Shown piece by piece: positions 1-16,084 of a stretch of DNA of 64,000 nt. A model generated the notes under the pieces. The model made no database searches, was not told the origin of the DNA, and saw only the letters and a list, made by a program, of their open reading frames with translations. Both the position numbers and the translations under genes were made by a program. Origin of the DNA: the human T2T-CHM13v2.0 reference genome, Homo sapiens; assembly GCF_009914755.1 (NCBI RefSeq), contig NC_060929.1; one strand, written 5' to 3'. Within the stretch, counting starts at the first letter, position 1, and every line of letters starts with the position of its first letter.

Positions 1-9
1 CAGGCAGTT

Positions 10-228
10 ATTGAGCACTTGATATAAGCCAGTCAATGAGATAAATATTTGGGATATTTAGGTAATTTAACTCTCACAACACAGAGAGTAGGTGCAATAT
101 ACCACAACTTACAAAAGAGGAAATTGAGGCCAAAAGATAAAGTGACTTTCCCAAGCTTACAAAGCCAGTAAATGGCAGAGATGGGATTCAAACTCTGGTC
201 TGTCTGATTTCAGAGCCAAAAGTTTCAT
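10..228 (-). mobile_element. MIR SINE fragment
   Basis: GAGGAAATTGAGGC...AAAGTGACTTTCCCAAG...AGTAAATGGCAGAGATGGGATTCAAAC...TCTGTCTGA matches the reverse complement of the MIR core. Confidence 0.8.
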
Positions 229-251
229 TCACTCAGATTCTCTGGGAGGGG

Positions 252-2872
<2,621 letters not shown>

Positions 2873-3109
2873 AGGGGGAAAAGCACCTCAATTATGATCA
2901 TAAAAGATTTTATGAGGTCCTTCTCCAACTTTCTAGATTTTTCACTAACTTGGCTAATTTGTCCTTACCATCCTTACCATCTCCAGTGGTTATGGTGAAA
3001 TTTAACATCTGTGCTTCTTCTCTTGACCAAGAGTTAGGAAGAAAGGACACTCAGAAGTTCAAGTCCCTGGAAAAGCAGCCAAGTAATCTGGCTTCAGCAT
3101 CATAATCCA

Positions 3110-3325
3110 TGTCATTTAGATAGTACTTTGTGGTTTCAAACTGTTTTACAAACACTCACTCGATCTTAGCAAACAAGGTTGCTAAGAGGCTGTAATTACC
3201 ATCCTACCTCTAGAAATAACAGAGGTCCCACATTATTCGACGACTTTCCTTGAGAAGGCACAGCCAGGATACAGCAGAAACAGGCCTCTTAACCAAGATT
3301 CAGATTCCTAGCCCACTGTGTTTCT
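3110..3325 (-). mobile_element. Degenerate MIR-family fragment
   Basis: TAGTACTTTGTGGTTTCAAACTGTTTT...AACAGAGGTCCC...ACACAGCC-like motifs. Confidence 0.45.
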
Positions 3326-4714
3326 CATAATATGAACCATATTTTGTAAAATTTGGAAAGGTTGCCCCATTCTATGTTTACATTTTATTTTGGTGGTGTA
3401 CGATTTTTTTATTTTCCATTCTTGACAGAGGAGCTATGAGGTAACAACACTCAGGATCCATAGAAGATGGGAAAAGAAGAGGATTCCTGGTTGAAAACAA
3501 CCTCCCTACTTTCATATATTTGTTTTTGCTAGTTTACTGATTCCTCTCATTAACAAATATTTCCACAGCCCATCTGTGTAATTTATTAAGGCAGATAACC
3601 ACTGCAAATTTCCAACCTCAAGAGAAATACCTATTTGCTTCCTGTCTCACCTCCTGTGCAGAATTACTTCATATTTAACTTTTAAAACCCCAACAATAAT
3701 AAAACCCACCACATACATGAGCTAATATAACAAAAAAGGTAGGTTTCCTGAGTAAACTTGTCCCAAAGTATGTCAGAGAGAGGAGTAGATAGGTGAATCT
3801 ATATAATTTTTAATGAAATAATGAATCATCTTGAACTTTTTCATTATGCCACTTAGGGCAGGGGGAGATTAGTGGAACCTAATCAACTGGGCAAATTAAA
3901 TTATCACACAATGTCTACATTGTTCATTTGAGCTGCTCAAATGATTGAATAAGCTCTCTTTTTATTTGTTCTTAAACATGAGGTATATCTCAACTGATGC
4001 TATTAAAGACCAAACAAAATTGATGATGGAATGAAAATTCGTTCAGTGGCTAGAACCACTAACTAGTATGTAATGAGCCTTTTCATTAAAGACAGTGTTT
4101 AATATTCTTGATTTATAATAACTGGTAACATTTTAAGATAAACTACTTAGTTGCAGTATTGTGTTGTAAATTATGACAATAAAATTTAATGGTATTTTTC
4201 TTAAAAATGTCTATAAATTGTTTTTCTAAAAAAATACTTTCTTACATAAGCAAGTGGAAACTTCAAAATACAAGGGGTAAAAATACCATAGAATTAACTG
4301 CAACATAAATGGGATGAATTTTGAGCCAATCTTCTAACATATTACAGTAAGCTCATGTGTAATTTAGTTAATGTAAATATTAAAGGTTAAATAATGTATT
4401 CAAAAGTATTTTTTAAGAATTTTTTCTCTCCTTATATTTGCATGTATGTATGTGTAGAGATTGAGGAAAAGAGCTATATTTTATTTCCTCTCATAATAAG
4501 ATGACCCTGCTGATGATATCTCTTATTAACTAAGTTTTTAAAATATCAGTTTGGAACATAAAAAGGATCTTAGAAATTTACAGTTTACTGTGTGAAGACA
4601 AAGACAGCAAACCATGCATATACCCATACCTATGTTTACCTATGTTCACAGGACCTACCAAACATCCTACCAAGGAGATTGCTGCTAAGACACTGAGAAA
4701 AATGAGTTCAGCAT

Positions 4715-4955
4715 AAAGGCAGAGCAAAAAAAGCATGAGCTTTGGAGTCTGGCAATCACTGGTTCAAATCTAATTTCTACCATTTACTAATAGTGTTACT
4801 GAAAATAAACAGTCTAACCTCTTAGAATCTCATCTGTGAAATCTGGATAGTAACATCTGTCCTTACAGAATTGTTTGAAAAGTTACATGAGCTGGTATGT
4901 ACTTTATGTAGCACAAGCCTACATAGTAGGCATATAAATGTAGCAATTATTATTA
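4715..4955 (+). mobile_element. MIR SINE
   Basis: GCTTTGGAGTCTG...GGTTCAAATC...CTCATCTGTGAAAT...ACATAGTAGGC...ATAAATGTAGCAATTATTATT follows the MIR consensus order. Confidence 0.85.
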
Positions 4956-5418
4956 ACAAATAATTAATAATTATCAAGGCCATGTCTACTCCACTCATGA
5001 AGAGAGCTGATACAATCTTTAAATTGAAAAGAGTAATTTCTATGGAATAAGAGTACTACAGTTTTGAATTCTTCCAATGTCTTACTAAAACTCTCCAAAG
5101 TTAACAGAATATTCCTCAACAAACAGCACCACTAAGTAGTCCCATCATTACCTTATATTGACCTAACACTGGCCTCATTCGAACAGAAATACTTATGTGA
5201 TTTAACACATTTGAATTTAAGAAAATATTTTATAAACACACTCAAGTATTTCAGGTTGGGTTTATAAAGTCTTCCACAGTATAGAGTAACACTGTACTTA
5301 AGGCTGACTTGTGACAAAATGAGCAATGATGTGTGGTCTCGTTAGAGTCCAGAGCTTTATTAATCAATACTTATTTTAATATAAATAATAATCATAAGTA
5401 ATTATTAATAAAATAATA

Positions 5419-7553
5419 TCCCGCTATTATTGTGCAGTTATTTAAGTCTCTTTATAGGTCTCTAAGAATTTGCTTTATGAATCTGGGTGCTCCTGTGTTG
5501 GGTATATATCTATTTTGGATGGTTCAGTCTACTTGTTTAATTGAACACTTTTTTATTCTGTAATACCTTTGTCTTTTTTTTTTTATCACTGTTGGTTTAA
5601 AGTCTGTTTTGTCTGAAATTAGAATGGCTACCCTTGCTTTTTCTTTTTTCTGTTTGCTTGGTAGATTTTTCTCCGTTCCCTTACTTTGAGCCTATGGGTA
5701 TCACTGCACATGAGATGCATACGCTGTAGACAGCATACAGTTGTGTCTTGCTTCTTTGCCACTCTGTGCCTTTTAATTGGGTCATTTATTTACATTCAAG
5801 GTTAATATTGATATGTCAGGTTTGACCCTGTCATCTTGTTGTTAGCAGATTATTATGCATACTTGATTATGTGGTTGTTTTAGAGTGTCAATGTATGTTT
5901 TTGTGGTGGCTGGTAATGGTCTTTTCTTTCCATATTTATCCCTCACTTAAGGACCTTTTGTGAGGCAGGTCCTGTGGTAGTGAATTTCCTTAGCAACTGC
6001 TTGTCTGAAAAAAATCTTATTTCTCATTCACTTATGAAGTTTAGTTTGGCTGTATATAAAATTCTTGGTTGGAATTTCCTTTCTTTAAGAATGTTGGATA
6101 TAGGCCCCCAATATCTTCTGGCTTACAGAGTTTCTGCTGAAAGGCCTTCTGTTTACCTGATGGGGTTCCCTTTGTAGGTGACCTGCCCCTTCTCTCTAGC
6201 TGCCTTTAACATTTTTTTTCCATTTTGACCTTGAAGAATCTGATAATGATGTGTTCTGGGGATGGTTTCTTATATAGTATCTCACAGAGGTTCTCTGCAT
6301 TTCCTGGATTTGAGGGTTGTCCTCTCTAGTGAGGTTAAAGAAATCTTTGTGGAGGATATCCTGAAATATGTTTTCCAATTTGCTTGATTTCTCTCCCTCT
6401 TTTTCAGGAATGCCAATGAGTCATAGATTTGGTTTCTTTACATAATCCCATATTTCTCAGAAGTTTTATTCATTCTTCTTTATTGTTTTTTCTTTATTTT
6501 TGCCTGCCTGACTTATTTTGGAGAACCGGTCTTCAAGCTCTGAGATATTTCCTCAGCTTGGTCAATTCTCCTATTAACACTTGCAATGGTACTATGAAAT
6601 TCTTGAAGTGAGTTGAGTTTCTTAGCTCTGTCTATTCAGTTTGGTTCTTTATTAAAACAGCCATTTCATCTTTTATCTTCTACATTGTTTCACCATATTT
6701 CTTAGATTCCTTGGATGGGGTTTTGACTTTCTCCTGAATGTCGATGATCTTTGTTCCTATCCATATTCTGAATCATATTTCTGACATTTCGGCCATTTTA
6801 TCCTGGTTAAGAACCATTGCTGAGGACCTACTGTGGTTGTTTGGAGTTAAAAAAACACTCTGACTTTTTGAGTTGCCAGAGATCCCATGCTAGTTCTTTC
6901 TCATCTGTGCGTGCTGACATTCCTTCAATCTGTGAAGTTGCTGTCCCTTGGATTTTTTTTTTTTTTTGGATTAATATTCTTTGGTGCCATTGGTTGTTTG
7001 GTTGTGGCATAAGGTGGGTTTAGTCAACTGGCTTTAATTCTAGTCTGCTCTTGGGTCTTGGACGAGCCCTCTCTGATTACTGTCTCCATGCCTGCATTTC
7101 TTTTGTTGGGTGTTCTGGTTCATGGGGCTCCTTCAGGCAAGGGCTGCAGTTGGCAGACAGGCCATATCCTTGCTGAGTCGGCCCTTATCTGCTGTCTCAG
7201 TGCTTCTCAGGGGAACACAGGGTTGTGCCTGCCTACAGGGTTCAGGCAGAGGCAGAACCACTGGGCTGGAATTTCTAGCAAGTGTGGTCCTTCTGACTAT
7301 GAGAGGGAGGAGGTGGATGGAGTTGTTCACCTTGTCCTCTGGCTGTTTCTGGTGCAACAGAAAGCTGTGCCCCTCAGCATATTCAAGCAGAAGTAGGACC
7401 TCTAGGCTTGAGCTCTGCAGCCATTGTCCCACCTTGCTGCCAGCAGTGGGGGTGGCTGGGGTCACCCGCCCTTCCATCCAGGTGTTTCCCAGGACAACAG
7501 GAGGTTACACTCTCCAATGAGTTCACACAGAAATGGGACTGCTGGGCCAGAGC
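5419..7553 (-). mobile_element. Old primate L1 fragment: part of 5'UTR, ORF1 and start of ORF2 endonuclease; 3' end missing
   Basis: TTTATGAATCTGGGTGCTCCTGTGTTGGGT (EN domain); ORF1 remnant MENIFQDILHKDFFNLTRE; GC-richer 5'UTR at about 7050-7550. Confidence 0.9.
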
Positions 7554-10500
7554 CACAGAGAAAGACAGGATACAGTCTTCTGCCAGATGAAAACAGTTGC
7601 TAGCCCACTTTAACTCTAGTCTCATGGATAAGAGGGTGACCAAAGGGAGAAAAGATGAAAGCCAAAGAAGAAAAAGGTCATCTCTTTAATGTAATGGAAT
7701 TAAGACACAGATGATACCCAAAAGATAAAATCCAATGAAAGGGAAAATGGTCCCTTCAATATTTTTGACATTGATCCTTGGATGAAGAAGTAGAAAGAGG
7801 TCTTGATTTTGCTTTCCAAATGTGCATGCAAAATATCTGCAAAATCATGATTGGCAAATTCAAAGTTCTGGAATTAAGTTTAAACTGACCCTCTGCTTCT
7901 TCTTTGTAAGCTTTTAAAATTTTCTTCAGAATGGATTTCTCACAAGAAAACATTAAAGGATGATAGTACTAGCTTTGCCAAAAAGGTCATCCACTCAATC
8001 CAAGCATAATTTATAATGAGGACTCTGGGCACCTGCCCATCAAAAAGGAAAGTATCCCAGCAGCCACTTCCCTAATTCCCTGCACAGCTGTCAGCTTCCA
8101 TTCCAGATGGTGATTACTGATGGATGCACTCACATGGACCAATCTTTAACTGGTACTCCAAACCTGTTCTTTTACTGAGGACTCATTAATGCCAATTATA
8201 ATCTTTGATTAAGCCTGTGCTTGACAAATGGGCTTTATTGCAAGTATTCACTCCAGACATGAATTTACAACTAGAGGTTAGCATAATCAATACTCTGGAT
8301 AGTATATTGTCAGAAACAGGATTTGCCAGAATACCTAGTGCTATGCAGCTGGTGGCATTCAATCTATCACAGCTGCCCAATAAGACTGAACCACAGCCAT
8401 CCTCCATTAATCTCTCCCTGTTCTCAATCAGGAATACGGCTGCAGGAAATGAGATTGGCTATTTAGGAAGACTGTTTAGAATTTCTCAAGAAAATGACCA
8501 TTAGGAATTTCAACTAGAAAACAGAAAGTTTCCTTTGTTCTTCCACATTTGTCACAACATCAATTATGACCACATGGTAGAAATAAGATGCAGAATCGAT
8601 TTTTCCAGTCTCAGATAAGTAAGCATGGTTACAGAACTATCCATTTGCTCCTCTACTATCGAAAGCCACTCCTTGGAGCAAGTTAAAAAGCTGGAAGGCT
8701 ATGTACTGGTACCACATTAGCCTCATAGAACACTCTTCATTGAATTGCTGTTTAAAGACTATTATCAGAGGTTATTACATGAAATAGTATTTGAAGTCCA
8801 CCTCTTCATCCTTTTGCAATGAGATCCCAGCTGGCTCAGAGCTGAGTCCCAAGTATGCTTGCATGTTAAGTTATAAACACTCTACTACCAAGCCCTACCC
8901 ACTCTTCTCATTAGTTCAAAAGATCCTCATGGGAATAAATTTTAAGCATGTTCACAGTGAGGTTCAATTTTGTACAGACATATTGGATTGACTGTGAGGC
9001 ATAAACTAGAGAAAAAAGAATTCCTGAGGGAATGGCTACATTTGAGAAATATGTCAGACCTGCTGAGGTATATGAAGCCCAAGGCTTGGGCAGGTGCCAT
9101 AAGTATCACAAAGCTGAAGAGACTATATCACTAGGGAACCAGCCACACTCCTGTGGGTCCTCCTCCTCCAAAAGCAGGCCAGAAGAACAAGAAATATTGG
9201 CCAGAATGGAAAGAAAGAGGGCAATGTGACTCCAAATGGGGAGACTCACCCCCAAGGGTACTTTGGATTCAAGGGTAGGTCGGCACCACCACGTGGGCAT
9301 CCCCCAAAGAGTGGCAGGAGGAAGGCAGTCCTGACATTTCTAAGGCACTGAGCAGAGTGAAACAGACAACAGAGAAGACAGAAAAGGCAAAAGCATAAGC
9401 AGTAAGGAGGCAGGAGTGTAGCCAATAGAGAACTGCAGGTAAGATCTCCCACAGAGATGCAAGAAAGGAAAGACGAAGGTCCAGCAAGATGACATAGGAA
9501 CAAACCCTTACAGTGTCCCGACCTGGAAATCAGAACAGAGAGGGCTGCAATTCAAGTAGGTTTTGTCTGGAAAATAACAGCCCCTGAGCCTATTGTGCAT
9601 TTCAATATTCAGTGTCCATTCTATAAAATGTGTGAAAAAGACTTTTCAAAATTTAATGCCAACAATATAAAAAATGTTGATGCTCCTTACCACCACCTGT
9701 TCTTGACTACAAAACCAAGGGATCCATTAGATTTCCTTTTTGACTTGGATTCCAGGAAGTCAATAACTCTATTTGATATGGAGTTATAATAATTCCAATC
9801 CTTTGAATGAGCAGATCTCTACTTCTATTTCTAGTTCATAATTTCTCTTTATGATACTATTATAATAATTTTGTTTCATGTATCTTTTTGTTTCAAAAGC
9901 TGGCATATAAGTAAATAAATATGATATCCTTATTGCATATATAATACTTATGTCAGCCTAAATTCCATCAAGATACAGTATCCTACTATGTGCTGTAGAG
10001 GGAATCAAGCAGATGATTCTACCTCAGTCCTCTCACTTACCCACCTACAAGGTTGTTAAAAGGATTAAAGCCTATGTAAAAATATTTTGTAATCCTTAGA
10101 AAACACTGCTCAAATGTTAAATGATGATCTTATATGAAAAACATCTGGAAATTTTTTTCTATTTTGAGTTATCTTTCTTACATTCCTGCCATAGTATTTG
10201 ATACTGCCATAAAACTCAAGGCTGTGCAAAGACTCTAAACTAAAAGCTGGTGTTTAAAAATGCAACTGTTTTCTGAGAAGGAGGCATTATAAATTATAAT
10301 CAGCCCTTAACACCTTAGCTCAAAATCACATATTGTTTAACCTTGCTAAGTGCTTTCTAAATGAAGGCAGATAATAGCAAGGCTGAAGACCGAGTGGCAG
10401 AGTAAAACCAATGACCAAATAACACAATTTTCATGATGCTCCCCGAAAGATGCCTGCCTCTATGGTATCTTCTGCTGACTGCTGAGTTCCTTCAAACAGC

Positions 10501-10654
10501 TGGCAGGAGCCAGATGTCAGCAATACAGCTCTGGTCCCTATTGAGAATGCATCCATTTAATCTTATATTCAGCATTTCTTAAGAGACAGACTGGTATGTA
10601 AAGGGCCACAAAAGAGTTGTTCTTTGACCAAATCTGCACACCACAGCTCTGCAG

Positions 10655-11215
10655 AGGGCTATTTTTTAAATGCATATTGGAGTCTCCCAACTCCTACCTC
10701 AACAAGAACATCTTCAGTGTCTTTCCTTTGTCCAACATTTAAAACATCCCACAAGGCTCCTCATGATCTGGCCTTGTTCTGAGTTTCTGAACCACACCTA
10801 GCCTTCTGTGAGCTCTGGCTTACACTGGCTGGCCTTCTTTTCATTTCCAGAGCCTTCACTCAAGCTGTCCTCCTACCTGGGAGGCAATTTCCCTACTTTT
10901 TCTCTGGAAAGTCCCAAATCATGTCCCAGATTTCGGTTGAAAGTTCAGCCACTCAAGAAACTTCTTTGGCCTTCAATGATGCCAGGTTCCCTGTGACATG
11001 GACTCAGACACCTTATAGCTCTTCTGCACAGCTCTCAACACAATCATGATTCAACAAGTACTTGGATGATGATATGTTTATGGCAGCATTACTAGAATGC
11101 ACATTTTACAAGCATAAGGTCCATGTCTATCTCATTCATTACCATCTCCAGTGCCTTGTTTAGTGCTGTGCTTATCTTGGGGACCTAATAAATATATGCT
11201 AAATGAAGAAAGGAA
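10655..11215 (+). mobile_element. L2 LINE 3' region
   Basis: CATGATCTGGCC, CACTGGC...CTTCTTT, ending CTAATAAATATATGCTAAATGAAG. Confidence 0.7.
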
Positions 11216-11429
11216 GGAAAGCAAGGCTGGGAATTACCTCCTAGTCAAGACAGTGTGTTTAAATGTTGGTATTTGAAGCCTTTCAAAAGAAAAATACAGG
11301 CTGGAGGACAGAGAAACTAAGGAATCTGATTCTCTTCAGTGTCCTCATACCTGGCCTTCAGGTTTCATCTCGCATAGTTAGGAAGACTTCATATTCACTA
11401 ACATCTTTAGACAAGGTTAAGCACTTTCT

Positions 11430-11630
11430 GCAACGTGTTTCCATTGACTCATGCTCATACCACCATCACAGCCTTATCATACTGCTGTCATGATTCACTT
11501 CCTTATTTGTTTCTCCTGAATTCCTTAAAGCAAGTTTCTAATTTCACTCATTTTTGTGTTGCTAGATCATGGCCCAGAACCTGGTATATAATATGCACTA
11601 AATAAATATTTTCTAAATGGCTGGATGAAT
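11430..11630 (+). mobile_element. L2 3' end
   Basis: CAGAACCTGGTATATAATATGCACTAAATAAATATTTTCTAAATG. Confidence 0.6.
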
Positions 11631-13479
11631 ACATAACATTTCACTGATCTGATGAAAATAAAACAAATCTTACATCTATAGGTCCTGGACCTTGGACCAA
11701 GGGAGAAAAAATAGTTATGATGAATTTTAGGCTTACTAATACAACACCAGGAAGACCATGAGAATAGACATAGTTAGGCTTATGCCAATGATATATCAGT
11801 AACAAATCCTGGCCAAAAACTTTTAGAAGTGCTCATATTCACATGGTGTTTTGGCTGCCATGAAAGGAATAGATCTTTCTAAGACATACAGACAGTGCTT
11901 GATGGCTGGAAATCAAAACCCATATATATGGTAGATAAATAAGTTAAATTTATTCATATCTGTTTTGACACCACACCATGGGTCACCCTACCTCAACCTC
12001 TTCTTCTCTTAATTTAAATCTTTAGACCTTACACTTGCAATGTCAAAAGATGTAAATCTGATTCTTTTTTCTTCTCCACCATAGAGATTAATTAGTTTTT
12101 CAAAAAAAAAAAAACAAGGCCTGCATTCTTGATTCTAGCCACATATCATGGCTATAAGAAAAAAAAAAAAAAAACAGAGAAAATGATGTGGCTAGCTCAA
12201 CACAAACATATCACCCTAGTGAGAAAGAATAGCGAATATGTTACCTAGCGAACATTGATAGCCAGTTATCATTGTCGATATCCATAAGATGTGTACATAT
12301 CAAAATGTTAAATACTAAACAACTCTTAAGGGCCCCAAATAAATGTATTAGTATCCAAATTAGGGAAACTGTTTCTTCCAGTTTTTGTCTTGCTATGGGA
12401 TTATTGTGACAGCCTCTTTATATTCTAAAGTAAGTAAAATCAAAATCCTGTGACAGGTACTGAGGGAGCAGCCATTAAAAATAGTAAAACTCTTAAGTCC
12501 TCTGACTCATTAATAAGAAAGCCCATAAGTCTCATTTAGGCTAATTGTGCAAGTGTTGTGACAGAGAATATCCCCTCATAGATCATTTTAAAATATTCCT
12601 TAAATGTCTAATGTTTATTACAACTTTTTATAACGATACCATTAAAGCAGAGTAAAGAGAAAATTCTTAATAGCCATGGTAAGAAATTGTATCTTTATAC
12701 CTACAATATATTTGCCAAATTAATTAGTTCTTTAGTTCATGACTATAATCATCATCTGAATTGTATTATTTCATTCAAACAATGTTGCCTTCCAAATAAT
12801 ATTTGCCTTGAGTAGAAATTTGAATGTGTTGGTATTCTGAAAGGAGTTATGTTTACAGCGTTCTGTTTCCCAAATAATATTTCACTACCAGTGAACATTT
12901 GGAGTAGCTGCACATACCTATTCAAATTCTAATGAAACATAGACTAGAAACATTTAAACTTTCAGTAGAATATTATTTGGAGAAAAAAATCTTCTTTGGC
13001 TGATTGTACGCTATTGCTACATTTGCAAATAAATTATTCTTGGCTGCATAAAACTTCACACAACAAATTCTGCTTGGAAGATTAAATGACTTTGAAACAG
13101 ATACCCAATAATGGAAAAGTCACTATTGCTTCATAAGAGCTACTTTTAAATTAATGGGTTATCAGAAGAAAATAGGAGTGTGATACAAATACCAAAGGTA
13201 AACAAAACTGAAAGAAAAGCTATTTGGCTTAAAATAAACACAGAGAGAAGTATTCTGTCGATATCCAAATTGAAATGCTTTCTCTGTCCACAGTGCCTTT
13301 AAGTTTCCGGATTCTGATGAAAATTTGATTATATTTTTGGCATCTGGGGGATGCATTACAACTATTTGACTCTAATTTCTAGAAAATAGAAAATTTGCCA
13401 CACTCTAATCTCATCCATGCCAGGATACATACTGAAATAAGTTACATATTTGTTGAATTAATGTACCTTTAAATCATCT

Positions 13480-13638
13480 GTCATATTTTCCTGCTTTATT
13501 GTCCTGTTCCTCCATTAGAATGTAAGCTCCCTAAGGAGAGAACATTTGTTTTATCTACTCATAGATCCTCAGCTTTTAAAAGAGTGTCAAATACACAGTA
13601 GTACTTAACAAATGTTTGTTAGATATCAAATAAATGAA
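13480..13638 (+). mobile_element. L2a 3' end
   Basis: TTAGAATGTAAGCTCC...ACACAGTAGTACTTAACAAATGTTTGTT. Confidence 0.75.
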
Positions 13639-14099
13639 GTGGGGTGCTGTGGATTAAATGACCAGGCTACTACAACAGAAAGACATTAGATAAGGGGAGA
13701 GGAGTAGCTCCTGGAGAGTAAACTTAAGCATTTCAGGTATTTGCCTAAAAATAAAATTCTATGGTATATGCAGACAACACTTGGATTTCACCAAATTACA
13801 TAGTATCTTACACATATTGATTGCTGGGTGGTAAAAAGCACTGCCACTTCTTTGATTCCCTGCATATCCTGACAACTCGCTGCAGCCCACTCAAACTCAA
13901 AGTCCTATCGAAAAGGATTTCTGAAAATTCCCAAAAGGAAATATTAATCTAAGACCTGCCAGTGGTAAATAAATATAGGAAATTTAATGTAAAAGTGCTG
14001 GACTACACAAAGTAGTCAGAAAGGATTTTTATTGACTGACTCTTGCTCTCTTTCTAGAGAAAACTGAATTGAGACTTCTCCATATAATGATGTCTTATA

Positions 14100-14470
14100 G
14101 GAACTCATAGAAGTAGAGAGTAGAATGGTAGTTACCAGAAACTGGGGGATTCAAGTGAATGGGGAAATGGAGATGGAGATGTTGATCAAAGGGTACGAAA
14201 TTTCAGTTAGAAATGAAAAATAAGCTTTAATGGTCTATTGCACAGAGTGGTAACCATAATAAATAATAATGCATTGTGTGTTTTAAAATTACTGAAGGAT
14301 TGGATTTTACATGTTTTTCACCACAAAAAAGATAAGTATTTTAGGTAATAGATTTATTATTTAGCTTGATTTCATCATCCTACAATGCAAACATATATCA
14401 AAACATCACATTGTACCTCATAAATATATGATAAATATGAATATTGCTTGTCAATTAAAAATAAAATTTT
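14100..14470 (+). mobile_element. L1MA-type 3' end, 5'-truncated
   Basis: GAACTCATAGAAGTAGAGAGTAGAATGGTAGTTACCAG...ATCAAAACATCACATTGTACC...TTGTCAATTAAAAATAAA. Confidence 0.9.
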
Positions 14471-16084
14471 ATAAATTTAATCTATGTAAAAGATTGTGAC
14501 TTACACGTGGAGCCAACTGTCCATTTGTTCATGTGTGGGTATTTAAAAAGAAATTTCTGAAGGGAAAATTTAACCTAATTTTGGCGTATGTACCTGCCAC
14601 AAAGAGCATTCACTGTGCTTGGGCTCAGTGTGCAGCAGCAATAATGTATTGAAATAACTGAACCAATTGGACCGGATAGAAACATTCCATGGAGTTATTC
14701 TGGTCTGGCAGAGAGACAGATCATGGTCTATAAATAATATGCCTCCCTCAACCACTAACTGATGGAGTGGCCTAGATCAAATGTTTCAGTGTTTGGGTCT
14801 TAACAAGACTGTAGGACAAGATGATCTTTCAGAATCTTTCTAGGGTTAATTTTCTGGAGCCCCTAAAAATCCACAGGGCAGAACTGATTTCATTAGGCCT
14901 CCCTAGTCTCCAGAATAAATAAGACATAAAAAATAAGACTGACAAAGTAGAAAGTGAGTAAGTGGTTCTCTGATAAATATAAGTGGTATAAAAAAGGCTC
15001 TCTAGACATCCTGGCAAAAATGGGTCTTTTTTTCTAAATAGCAATTTTCTATTTCTAAAATAGATATCTGTATGATTTAGTTCACCTCCCTACCTCAATC
15101 TGCCTGTGCAGACTTTACCTAAATTAACTTAAGTGGGTATGTTGGGGACAGAATAGGGAGAAAAGGATTTTAATGAAAGCCATAGAGGACACATGTTTCA
15201 CAATTATTAGACAAGGTTTTGGTGATGTTCTCCATCCACAAATTCTCTCAGTTTATTCTTGTTTTCAAGCAGTAATCTGAGCATAAATAACCTGAGCAGT
15301 TGCGGCATGACACTAATAGCTCCATATTCATGTTTCTGCAACTCTGATTTGCATGCACGTTTATACCTTCCAAAAAGGGCCGATTATTTCCCATGGAAGA
15401 TTCTGACACTTGGAAACATTTGAATGAAAAGAGAAAATAACAGGAATTTGGAGTATTGCTTATTTGGCAAACATGTGATTTGTCAAATCCCCCCAAATAA
15501 GCTAAATGACAGTCCAGAAGGATACAGGGTATTTCAATTGTCGCCAAGCATTGTTTAGAGGATTAGACAGCTCCTGGTAGTAAGATTGCCCTTTTAAATT
15601 ACATCGGGTTGAAGTAACAGGACAGATAATGTTATATTAAAATTTATTTTCTCATCTTCTTTTTTCCACATAGCTTTTACTGTTGAAATACTTTGACTAT
15701 TTCTGTTGAAATTGTCTGTGTTCTCACAAACCAAAGCGTATCTCTGTGCTCCATACAGCATCACACCATACTTTAAGCCACCAATCTTGTCTTCTGTTTC
15801 CTCAAACAAAAACAAGTGGATGACACAGGATGAGAGATATCCATAGATGCTCCATTTTCTAAATTTTCTACAATCTCAAGGAAATACTCAAAAAGTGACA
15901 CTCCTGCCATTGTTTGCTCTTCTGAAATGTTTTTCTGATTTATCATATTGGAGTAGGAATAAGGAGTTAAAAGGCTTCTAAAAGCCATCAATAGGTAAGC
16001 TGGTCTGATTAGGATATTTTATCCAGAAGGCCATACATAATCAGGTTTCTAGCATTTTTTCCCTCATCTAGTGAAATCCAGTCA

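Noticed and set aside
8205-8504. 99-aa protein-looking ORF in unique DNA
   Set aside because: Starts at TTG, shows no family similarity I recognise and no convincing splice sites; the length is compatible with chance. PhyloCSF or tBLASTn would settle it.
15594-15991. Two overlapping minus-strand ORFs, one faintly like a CR1/L3 RT motif
   Set aside because: The resemblance (FEYFLEIVENLENGASMDI) lacks the downstream LDFxKAFD motif, so it cannot be supported.
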